Made by a program: the position numbers and the translations under genes
Notes under the pieces: model-generated
Told to the model about the DNA's origin: nothing
Seen by the model: the letters and a program-made list of their open reading frames with translations, nothing else
Databases searched by the model: none
Shown here: piece by piece, positions 30,369 to 38,834 of the stretch
How positions within the stretch are numbered: the stretch's first letter is position 1
Layout of the letters: the number at the start of each line of letters is the position of its first letter
Assembly (NCBI GenBank): GCA_963753975.1
Contig: CAVWEH010000004.1
Coordinates: 314,457-378,456 of the forward strand
Direction of reading: 5' to 3'
Length of the DNA stretch: 64,000 bases
Source: an uncultured delta proteobacterium
GTDB taxonomy: Bacteria; Desulfobacterota; Syntrophia; Syntrophales; Smithellaceae

Positions 30369-32055
30369 ATGGCCAATGAAGTAAATAAAGTTATTTACTC
30401 CATGATCGGCGTAAGTAAAATCTATGATAAAAAGCCGGTGCTCAAAGACATTTATTTGTCTTATTTCTACGGCGCTAAAATCGGCGTCATCGGTTTAAAC
30501 GGTTCGGGCAAAAGTTCTCTCCTCAAAATATTGGCCGGAGTAGATCAGGATTTCCTCGGCAAGACAATTCTTTCCGCAGGTTATACTGTGGGCTATCTGG
30601 AACAGGAGCCGCGTTTGGATGAAACAAAAACGGTGCGCCAAATCGTGGAAGAAGGCGTGCAGGCCACTATAGACCTCCTCAACGAATACAATAAAATCAA
30701 TGAACAGTTTCCGAGCCCATGTCGGATGACGAAATGGCCAAATTATGCGATAGGCAGGCCGCCGTGCAGGAAAAGCTCGACGCTGCTTGATGCCTGGGAT
30801 ATAGATTCGCGCCTGGAAATGGCCATGGACGCCCTGCGTTGCCCGCCGGGTGACACAATGGTTAAAGTTCTTTCCGGCGGTGAAAAACGCCGCGTTGCTC
30901 TTTGCCGTCTTTTACTGCAGAAACCAAGCATACTGCTTTTGGATGAACCGACCAACCATCTGGATGCCGAATCGGTTGCCTGGCTGGAACATCATTTACA
31001 AAAATATGAAGGCACTGTCATTGCCGTAACCCATGATCGCTATTTTTTGGATAATGTTGCCGGGTGGATTTTGGAGTTGGACCGCGGACAAGGCATCCCC
31101 TGGCAAGGCAACTATTCTTCCTGGCTCACACAAAAACAAAACCGGCTGAAGAATGAAGAGAAAGCGGAAGGCGAAAGAATCAAGACACTGGAGCGCGAAT
31201 TGGAATGGATCAGAATGTCGCCCAAAGGACGCCATGCCAAATCCAAAGCGCGTATTAACGCTTATGAAGAACTATTGGGACAAAATCAGGAAAAAGAATC
31301 CAAAACTCGGGAAATTTTTATTGCCCCCGGTCCACGTTTGGGCGATCTCGTTATTGAAGCGCAAAATGTCAGTAAAGCTTACGGTGATAAACTGCTTATG
31401 GACGGCATGACTTTTTCACTGCCCCCGGGCGGTATTGTCGGAGTTATCGGCCCCAACGGCGCCGGCAAAACGACTCTTTTCAAAATGATTACCGACCAGG
31501 AAAAACCGGATGCGGGCAATATCCGAATCGGCGATACGGTAAAGCTTGCCTATGTTGACCAGAGCCGTGACGCTCTTGATCCGGATAAAACCATCTGGGA
31601 GATGATTTCCGACGGACAGGATATCGTCATGATCGGGACCAGACAGGTAAATTCCCGCGCTTATGTTTCGCGATTTAATTTTTCCGGCACCGATCAGCAA
31701 AAGAAAGTGGGAACGCTCTCCGGCGGAGAACGCAATCGTGTCCATCTGGCGCGTATGCTGAAAGAAGGCGCCAATGTGCTTCTGCTTGATGAACCGACCA
31801 ACGATCTGGATGTTAATACACTGCGCGCGCTGGAAGACGCGCTCGAAGAATTTCGCCGGCTGCGTTGTCGTCATCAGCCACGACCGCTGGTTTTTAGATA
31901 GAATTTGCACGCATATTCTGGCTTTTGAAGGAGAGAGCAAAACCATCTGGTTTGACGGCAACTATTCCGAATACGAAGCCGACCGCAAAAACCGACTGGG
32001 AGCGGCAGCCAGCCAGCCGCACCGGATTAAGTACCGCCAGCTAACCCGAAGATAA
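30369..32055 (+). CDS. ettA: ABC-F translational throttle protein, frameshifted
   Basis: GAKIGVIGLNGSGKS, ELEWIRMSPKGR, LSGGERNR, C-terminal PHRIKY. Compensating indels at about 30710 and 30785 and an extra base at about 31850. Confidence 0.9.
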
Positions 32056-32347
32056 AAAAAGTAAGCGCGAATTTCAATATCTATCGTCACGTAATATAGC
32101 AAATAATTTTCATCATCCAAATACTTATGACATAAGAATAAAAAATTCATTATGATTAAAATGCACCCGGCAATTCTCACAGTTATCTATAAAATGTAAT
32201 ATTTCTTGATTTCGCTATCTTATTTTGTTTATAAGAAGGGAGCACACATTACAATCAAGCCTGAACTGCCAAGTATTTAACAAATTCAGCCAGTTGTATG
32301 TCACGTGAAAAAAAGACGGAAAGGGTAAATGAAAAGAAGGTGCACCA

Positions 32348-34507
32348 ATGGAGGAAGTTGGCTCAGTTTTTGAAGACGTCCAAACGAAAATCATATCACT
32401 CACAGAGGCTCAATCAAAAAAATTATTAAAGAGTTACGGAGTACCGGTCGTGGAAGAAACTGTTGCCCTGACGATAGAGGAAGCGGTTGCCCGAGTGAGA
32501 ACCATCGGCTTTCCTGCTGTTGTGAAGGGTCTGGGAGCAAAACTGACTCACAAAACAGAAAGGGGTCTGGTAAAATTAAATTTACACTCTGCCGAGGAAA
32601 TTGAGCGCGCCTGTCTGGACATAAAAAAATCGGCTGGCGATGATTTAGAAGGATTTTTATTACAGCCCCTAGTTGAGGGAAAGCGGGAGTTTGTCGCTGG
32701 TTTGTTTCGGGATGAACAGTTCGGTCCGGTAGTAATGTTCGGATTGGGGGGCATATTTACCGAAGCTCTCGGTGATGTAGTGTTCCGGATAGCCTCCGTA
32801 AGCGAGATTCAAGCAAAAGGCATGTTGCAGGAGATTTTATCACGGAAATTACTAGGCGGTTTTCGCGGCGAGCATGCCGCCGATGAGCGACAATTAATCA
32901 CCGTATTGAGGGGTTTATCCCGCTTGGGAATGGAACATCCCGAAGTGAAAGAAGTGGATATTAATCCTCTATTGATTACTCCCGCTGGACAAGTAACTGC
33001 TGTCGACGCGCTTGTGGTTATCAGCAAAGATTATAAATCCACCGGTGAAAATTCGCACAGAGAAAGAACCCCTCAAGAAATCAAAGCAATCAATTCTGCC
33101 CTCGATACGATGATTCACGCAAAAAGCATTGCTGTCATCGGCGCGATACGCCCCCGCGCGAAAGGTTTTCGCGGCATGTTCGGCTGCATTAAGGATTTTG
33201 GCTTTCCGGGAAAACTCTATCCGATAAATTTAAAGGCCCCCGAAATAGACGGCGTCAAGACATATCCCTCTCTTGTTTCCCTGCCTAAACCGGTTGATCT
33301 GGTTGTTATTTCCGTTCCGGCGCCATTTGTGCCCGACGCTCTTAGAGATTGCGTCGCCTCCGGCAGTAAAAATGTCCACATTTTTTCTTCCGGTTTTAAG
33401 GAAACGGGCGAAGAAGAAGGTATGAAACTCCAGGCGGAAATTGAAAAAATTGCTGCGGAAGGCAAGCTCAATGTTATCGGCCCTAACTGCATGGGATTAT
33501 ACGTTCCCCAATCGCGCATCCTTACCTGGATTGGAGCTCCCAAAAAAAGCGGTCCTGTTTCTTTTGTCAGCCAAAGCGGAGGACACGCGCAGGATTTTAC
33601 CAATTACGCCAGCGCGCATTTCGGCATATATTTTAATAAGGTCATCAGTTACGGCAATGCCCTGACTCTGGATAGCACCGATTTTCTCGAATATCTGGCC
33701 GATGATGACGAGACTAAAATTATTACGATGTATCTGGAGGGGGTAAAAAACGGGCGAAAACTTCTGGAGCTGATCACGAAAATCAATCGAGAAAAACCGG
33801 TCATTATTCTAAAAGGCGGTTTGACGGAGTCGGGCGCGAGGGCTGTCTCATCTCATACGGGTTCTATGGCCGGTGGCGAGAAAATCTGGAATGCCTTTTT
33901 TAGACAGAGCGGTGCGGTAAAAGTAAGTTCGTTAGAGGAAATGGCCGAAGTAACAGAGGTCTTTCTTCATCTAGGTGAGGCTCACGGTCGCCGGGTGGCT
34001 ATTATCGGAACCGGCGGAGGCATCGGTGTTGCCGCTGCTGATAGTTGTGCTCAGACGGGGTTGGATCTTGCCGTGTTGCCGCAGGAAGTCACCAAAAAAC
34101 TGCGGGAATTCATACCTCCCGCGGGAAACATGATCCGCAATCCCATTGATGCGCACATATTGTTTTTGGAACTCCCGGCACTGGGGAAAACGCTGGAATT
34201 ACTCTCTTCTCAATACATTGATATGTTCGTTATTTCCCTCCACCTCGAATGGTTGTATAATTTTGACAACGGCGCCCAAATAAAAAACATTGCTACATAT
34301 ATAGCACAATCGGCGCGCAAACACGCTCACGAAAAGCCGTTGGTAGTTGTCTGGCGGCAATATCAACCCGATCCGAAATATGCAAAGAAGCGAGCCCTGC
34401 TGGAAAAAATTCTGCAGGATGCAGGCATCCCCGTCTATGAAGGCCTACAGCGGGCTGTATTTGCTCTGGCCAAGCTGGCCGAATATCATGAGTTTCTAAG
34501 AAAGTAG
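32348..34507 (+). CDS. ADP-forming acyl-CoA synthetase (acetate-CoA ligase family), ATP-grasp domain first
   Basis: N-terminal HKTERG, FGPVVMFGLGG, EVDINP; C-terminal IGPNCMG, SQSGG, SSHTGS, NPID. Confidence 0.88.
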   Translation: MEEVGSVFEDVQTKIISLTEAQSKKLLKSYGVPVVEETVALTIEEAVARVRTIGFPAVVKGLGAKLTHKTERGLVKLNLHSAEEIERACLDIKKSAGDDLEGFLLQPLVEGKREFVAGLFRDEQFGPVVMFGLGGIFTEALGDVVFRIASVSEIQAKGMLQEILSRKLLGGFRGEHAADERQLITVLRGLSRLGMEHPEVKEVDINPLLITPAGQVTAVDALVVISKDYKSTGENSHRERTPQEIKAINSALDTMIHAKSIAVIGAIRPRAKGFRGMFGCIKDFGFPGKLYPINLKAPEIDGVKTYPSLVSLPKPVDLVVISVPAPFVPDALRDCVASGSKNVHIFSSGFKETGEEEGMKLQAEIEKIAAEGKLNVIGPNCMGLYVPQSRILTWIGAPKKSGPVSFVSQSGGHAQDFTNYASAHFGIYFNKVISYGNALTLDSTDFLEYLADDDETKIITMYLEGVKNGRKLLELITKINREKPVIILKGGLTESGARAVSSHTGSMAGGEKIWNAFFRQSGAVKVSSLEEMAEVTEVFLHLGEAHGRRVAIIGTGGGIGVAAADSCAQTGLDLAVLPQEVTKKLREFIPPAGNMIRNPIDAHILFLELPALGKTLELLSSQYIDMFVISLHLEWLYNFDNGAQIKNIATYIAQSARKHAHEKPLVVVWRQYQPDPKYAKKRALLEKILQDAGIPVYEGLQRAVFALAKLAEYHEFLRK

Positions 34508-34585
34508 ATTGACGAGAAGAAAAAGGTTGTGCCGGAAGAAAAATGTTAGTTTTGGTTCAAGCAAAATAAGGCCAGGCTATTTAAT

Positions 34586-35818
34586 TTATCCCTCGGCTTT
34601 TTTCAGCGCCGCTGCCAGATAGATCGAGAATGTGGTTCCCGAATTGGCGATGGATTCCACAGTTATCAGACCATTGTGGTTTTTGATGATAGAATCGCTG
34701 ATTGCCAGCCCCAGGCCGATTCCTCCCCGTCCCTTTTTCTCTTTGGTTGTAAAATAGGGATCAAATATCCGGGAAAGGTTTTCTCTGGGTATGCCAATAC
34801 CTTTGTCCTTAATAGTAATACGTATATAATTTCCTCGCCCCAGAGTCCGAATATTTGTTCCGGTTGTCGTATTTTCGGCAATAAGCTCTACAATACTGCC
34901 ATTAGTTATCGCCTCTCTGGCATTAATCAAAAAATTTTCTATTACTTGCCTGATTTGGGCGGCATCGATTTCCGCAGGCCATAGATCTTCGGGTATAGAA
35001 ATTTTACAGGTAATGCCGGAATCGTTAAAGACGTTTTTGGCGGCCTCTCTTAACAGCGGCTCCAATTTTTCCACTTTACGGACAGGATAACCGCCCTGCG
35101 CGAATGTAACCAGCCGGTGAGCTAATTCTTTTGCCTGCAGACCGGCACGTTCCGCTACTGCCAAACCATCCTCCAGAATTTTGTCCTCATCCGTTGCGGA
35201 TATTTTGGCCAGAAATACGTTTCTCAGAATAGCGGTAAGCAGGCTATCAAAATCTTTGGCCACGCCACCGGCAAATGTGCCCAGTGATTCCACCTTGCTT
35301 CTACGAAGCAGCTCTTCTTCCGCTATTTTTTGTTCAGTAATATCTTCGAGCGTTTCCATCACGCCGAATACATTGCCGTTGGGATCTCTGATCGCCGCCG
35401 ACGTAATACGGAACCATTTCCCCTTTTCGCCCAGATCGGGAAAATAATCCGTAACCTCGTAAGCTTCCTCCAGCAGGTTTGATTTCGCCCAGTTTCCCGA
35501 GTAAAAATTGGTAATCTGTTCGACCTTGTTATCCAGAATCAAATCGGCCAGGCAGGGACGCTGTGTTTTATAAAATACCCGCCAGTGCTGATTGGTGCCG
35601 ACAATTTCACGAGGTCTTATTTTGCTCAGCGCCTGCAGGGCTTTGTTCCAGTAAATTACTTTATGATCTTTGGATATTACGAACGCGGGAATGGGAGAGC
35701 CGTGAATAATACTGATCAATTTTTGTTCATCTCTACGAACTCGCCACATCACATAGACAAAACTGACAATTACCGTCATTGCCAGAGCCAAAATAAAAAT
35801 GAGAAAGTGGACATTCAT
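34586..35818 (-). CDS. Membrane-anchored PAS/HATPase histidine-kinase-like protein lacking the H-box His
   Basis: TM, PAS, DHp AGGVAKDFDSLL, N-box NFLINAREA, DKGIGI, FDPYFTTK, GLGLAI. Confidence 0.85.
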   Translation of the reverse strand: MNVHFLIFILALAMTVIVSFVYVMWRVRRDEQKLISIIHGSPIPAFVISKDHKVIYWNKALQALSKIRPREIVGTNQHWRVFYKTQRPCLADLILDNKVEQITNFYSGNWAKSNLLEEAYEVTDYFPDLGEKGKWFRITSAAIRDPNGNVFGVMETLEDITEQKIAEEELLRRSKVESLGTFAGGVAKDFDSLLTAILRNVFLAKISATDEDKILEDGLAVAERAGLQAKELAHRLVTFAQGGYPVRKVEKLEPLLREAAKNVFNDSGITCKISIPEDLWPAEIDAAQIRQVIENFLINAREAITNGSIVELIAENTTTGTNIRTLGRGNYIRITIKDKGIGIPRENLSRIFDPYFTTKEKKGRGGIGLGLAISDSIIKNHNGLITVESIANSGTTFSIYLAAALKKAEG

Positions 35819-36080
35819 AATAAACTTACATATCCAAAATGATTAAGGCTACCAAAGCATAACACAAAATTCGATAGCAAGATTAGGGGGAAAATGCAAG
35901 TACAACGATAGCGGATTTAATTATTAAACCTCTTTTTATAAATTCTGAAAGTTACGGAATTATAGAACTGCTACAACCATCCCCGATTATTTTCTTGGCG
36001 CGGGATTTCGATATCCTTCGGGTACAAGCCTGCAGGCCGGGACAGGTTTTTTTAATCATCGTCATGGCTTCGCCATGATT

Positions 36081-36965
36081 TCATTGACCCAGAATTTTCT
36101 GCATCCACTTCCAGATCGCCCCGAAGGTCTCATCCCTGTTCACTTCGTTGAAGTTCTCATGATAGTTCTTTTCATGGACGATTAATGTCAGGAGCTTTAA
36201 CGGAATCGAATACAAGGCTATCTTGCTACACTGAGGGTCGGCAAGTTGATCTTCGCCGGCCAGGACGGCAAACAGCGGGAAACGTTCCCACGTCTTCATG
36301 TTTTTAATCACCCACGTCTGGGTCTTTTCGCTCTCCACGCCCAGTTTTGCCGAAGCCGTTGTCCCCCGCAAGCCGATCGCCTCGTCATAATGGTGACGGG
36401 CGGTAATCTTCTCGTCATGGGTTAGCACATCCGTAAGGGCCGGGGGTCTGACGGCGAAGGTTGGATGGATCGCCGCTATTAACTTGGCGATCTTTTTCAT
36501 GATGGCCGGGATCTTGACCCTGTTTTCCAGCCAGGGAGAGGAAACGATGAATCCTTTGATATCGGTCTTTTTCGCCAGGGTCAGGGCGTACTTCAGGGCG
36601 ATGAGTGCACCATTGGAATGGCCAATGATAAAGATCGGGGCTTGCGGATGGCGCTCTTTCACCCAGGAATAGAATTTGTGTATATCATTGACGTATTCGT
36701 CGTAGGAATTGATATGGAAAAAAACCTTCCCCTTCTCATTGTATTTCGGATAGGTTCCATGCCAACGCAGATCCGGGGCATAGGTCGCAACACCCTTCTC
36801 CCTGAAATACAGGGCCGGCGTAACCCAATCGCCGCCATGAGCCATACCGCCATGGATACCGATCATCACAGCCTTGACCTCCCCGTCGGGCAACCATTCG
36901 TAGACGAGGAGTTTTGTCTTTGCATCAGCTGGAAATAATTCTGTCTTTGTTTCGGAAAAATTCAT
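36081..36965 (-). CDS. Alpha/beta hydrolase (lysophospholipase/monoacylglycerol lipase family)
   Basis: HGGMAH, DLRWHG, nucleophile GHSNG, YHENFNE. Confidence 0.85.
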   Translation of the reverse strand: MNFSETKTELFPADAKTKLLVYEWLPDGEVKAVMIGIHGGMAHGGDWVTPALYFREKGVATYAPDLRWHGTYPKYNEKGKVFFHINSYDEYVNDIHKFYSWVKERHPQAPIFIIGHSNGALIALKYALTLAKKTDIKGFIVSSPWLENRVKIPAIMKKIAKLIAAIHPTFAVRPPALTDVLTHDEKITARHHYDEAIGLRGTTASAKLGVESEKTQTWVIKNMKTWERFPLFAVLAGEDQLADPQCSKIALYSIPLKLLTLIVHEKNYHENFNEVNRDETFGAIWKWMQKILGQ

Positions 36966-37175
36966 AAATCCTCCTTTATGTTTTTTCGACCATCAGCATT
37001 TTATAATCTAGTGTTCAGATAGGCGAAAGTGATGAATATGTCAATATCCGATTGTTTTTTGTCAAATTATCTCACGTCCGGAAATGATTTGGGAAGTCTC
37101 GATATTTCTCAGATTAAAACCACCGGAAAGCTAGGAAAGGTGAGGTTCGCGTTGTTCTTTAGTGGTAATTGTCAA

Positions 37176-37310
37176 GAATCACGGGTCTAAACCCCCAAAG
37201 CAAGCTGCGGCGGTATTATACCCTCCGCTTCGCGGGATTGTTCAACTTACCAATTCCGACGTGCTGCGCCCTGCATCCGCCGGGCTTTGCTCTCGGAATT
37301 GGAGTTTCAC
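37176..37310 (+). repeat. Modular hairpin element, copy 3 (head plus terminal module only)
   Basis: GAATCACGGGT...TATTATACCCTCCGCTTCGCGGGATT, then CAACTTAC CAATTCCGA...TCGGAATTG GAGTTTCAC. Confidence 0.85.
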
Positions 37311-37340
37311 GAAAAAGATTTGATCCCAGTGACCCCACAT

Positions 37341-37416
37341 AAATCACCGACGGCAAAAAGCAGAGCGCAGAACGAGCGGCGCTTTTTGCCGTCCGAATGC
37401 ATTTGCTTTGTTATGC
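37341..37416 (-). mobile_element. attC site, truncated (R' box missing)
   Basis: Minus strand GCATAAC (R'') AAAGC AAATGCATTCGGAC (L'') GGCAAAAAGC...GCTTTTTGCC GTCGGTGATTT (L'), then no GTT. Confidence 0.75.
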
Positions 37417-37797
37417 ATTTTCTCTAGCCTGCTGAAATTCCTCAATTGTAGGCGGAACAACTTTGAACCAAGGGAAATCGAAGACATCTTCTCTTCTTTG
37501 ATGATAATCCTCTAAAGCTTCTGCAGAAAATCCTTCTCCCGGAACACCTGATTGATTTACTACAATCAAAGTCAAAGGCGGTAATTCATTTTGTTGGCAG
37601 TAGAACATGATGCAACCAAGTATAACACCCGTTGGTCTATTATCCGCGTATCCCATCAGTACTCGCAATTCATCATATCGAACAATTTGTCTGTTTGTAG
37701 CTCTTCCAATTAAGTATTGCCAAGCCTGTAATGCCCGTACAGCTGATTTTACACCGGTCTCTGCACTTTCAACTACATCATCAAATAGCTTGTACAT
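37411..37797 (-). CDS. Integron cassette ORF, 128-aa hypothetical protein
   Basis: SD AGGAGG, ATG at 37797; stop TAA lies inside the attC R'' box; motif RYDEL...LG.I..YC..NELPPLTLIVV...G.PGEGF. Confidence 0.75.
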   Translation of the reverse strand: MYKLFDDVVESAETGVKSAVRALQAWQYLIGRATNRQIVRYDELRVLMGYADNRPTGVILGCIMFYCQQNELPPLTLIVVNQSGVPGEGFSAEALEDYHQRREDVFDFPWFKVVPPTIEEFQQARENA

Positions 37798-37815
37798 GGT
37801 TTCCCCCTCCTTTTC

Positions 37816-37905
37816 GCATAACGAGCCGGTAACCTGCAGCGCCACCAGAACTTGTCCGTCTAAGTCGTCACGCTCCTCGTTGTCAGGTTGACCCGCTTGT
37901 TAGAG
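37816..37905 (-). mobile_element. attC site, complete (90 bp)
   Basis: Minus strand CTCTAAC (R'') AAGCG GGT[C]AACCTG[A]C (L'') ... GCAGGTTACC (L') GGCTC GTTATGC (R'): 5-bp spacers and two unpaired bases at the canonical extrahelical positions. Confidence 0.88.
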
Positions 37906-37907
37906 TT

Positions 37908-38663
37908 CTATTGGTTGATCTTGACGCTGCTGTCGCAAACCAGAGCACCTCTTGCATACTCTTTAACTAAAAGATTAACAATGATGGTCTCGGACAAAGT
38001 GGCTTTTGGTCCTAATTGAATTATCATTTCTTTAATGACGGAATCATCAAGCCGAACATCAATAAAGTGATTCTGCGGAACAGTGAAGAAATAATCATAA
38101 TCTTTTTTCTGCCATTTACCTTCAAATGGCATGCCAATTATTTTATACCTCCACTCCTTTTCAAAGTACCAATGTTTATGTTTTGACTGCCCAAGTTGAA
38201 GAAGATCAACAACAACCGTCGAATCTTTCACCTCAAAACATTTGACTGTGTTTTGAGGGTCTTTTTTATATTTGATAGGCAGTGGGCCGACTATCATCCC
38301 GGGATAGTGACTATTTTTCCTCACTATGACTACTGGGCATTCGGCATGAATAATTGGGTAGCCAGTAACTGTATCATCGGGTAGGTTTCTCCCTTTAAAC
38401 ATATTTATTGGTAAGCGAATACGTACGCCTTTCATGTCAGAAGAGTACATGTTCCATAAGGATATTGACTCCGCGTCGTCCTTTTCAGCAGTCCAGCAAG
38501 AAACATAGGTGAAATATTTTGCGTCTCGAAATGATTCGGTTTTAGCTTCTTCTGGGTCGTTCACTTTATCCAATCTCTGAAATCTTATCGTTTTATTTCT
38601 TAAAATCAGGCAAAGATTGGCGATGCTCGTGTAATGGAAAAGATGTGAAGGGGTATTTTTCAT
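37908..38663 (-). CDS. Integron cassette ORF, DUF2971-like protein
   Basis: LFHYTS, NDPEE, VSCWT, LWNMYS..GVRI, K..W.FEKEWR pattern; family call from motif memory. Confidence 0.7.
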   Translation of the reverse strand: MKNTPSHLFHYTSIANLCLILRNKTIRFQRLDKVNDPEEAKTESFRDAKYFTYVSCWTAEKDDAESISLWNMYSSDMKGVRIRLPINMFKGRNLPDDTVTGYPIIHAECPVVIVRKNSHYPGMIVGPLPIKYKKDPQNTVKCFEVKDSTVVVDLLQLGQSKHKHWYFEKEWRYKIIGMPFEGKWQKKDYDYFFTVPQNHFIDVRLDDSVIKEMIIQLGPKATLSETIIVNLLVKEYARGALVCDSSVKINQ

Positions 38664-38674
38664 ATAATTTTTTT

Positions 38675-38684
38675 GAACTTTAAC
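38675..38684 (-). mobile_element. Crossover site at the start of the first cassette (attI-like or secondary site)
   Basis: Minus strand GTTAAAGTTC is complementary at 9 of 10 positions to GAACTCTAAC at the end of the same cassette; no attC hairpin precedes it. Confidence 0.55.
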
Positions 38685-38727
38685 AATTAATATATCCAGA
38701 GGGTATTTCTAAATATTTTATTATGAA

Positions 38728-38796
38728 TTACTTAATTTCATTTTTTCCCACGATGGCAATCTCATTTTCCGTCAGTCCATACAACTCATAAACCAG
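38728..38796 (-). pseudogene. Second copy of the Type IIG R-M gene 3' end
   Basis: Encodes LVYELYGLTENEIAIVGKNEIK*; 17 nt (38780-38796) identical to 40561-40577. Confidence 0.75.
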
Positions 38797-38834
38797 CACA
38801 GCGCTATCGTTTCGCGGGGCGACCTTGTTTAAAG

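Noticed and set aside
30369..32055. Programmed frameshifting in ettA, lgt or pgi
   Set aside because: No consistent slippery sites, multiple shifts per gene, and no precedent I know of; read errors explain them better.
36054..36085. Hairpin TCATGGC-TTC-GCCATGA followed by TTTCATT as a fifth copy of the modular family
   Set aside because: It has the triloop and a TCA end but lacks the head and the bulged two-stem layout; more likely a simple terminator-like hairpin.
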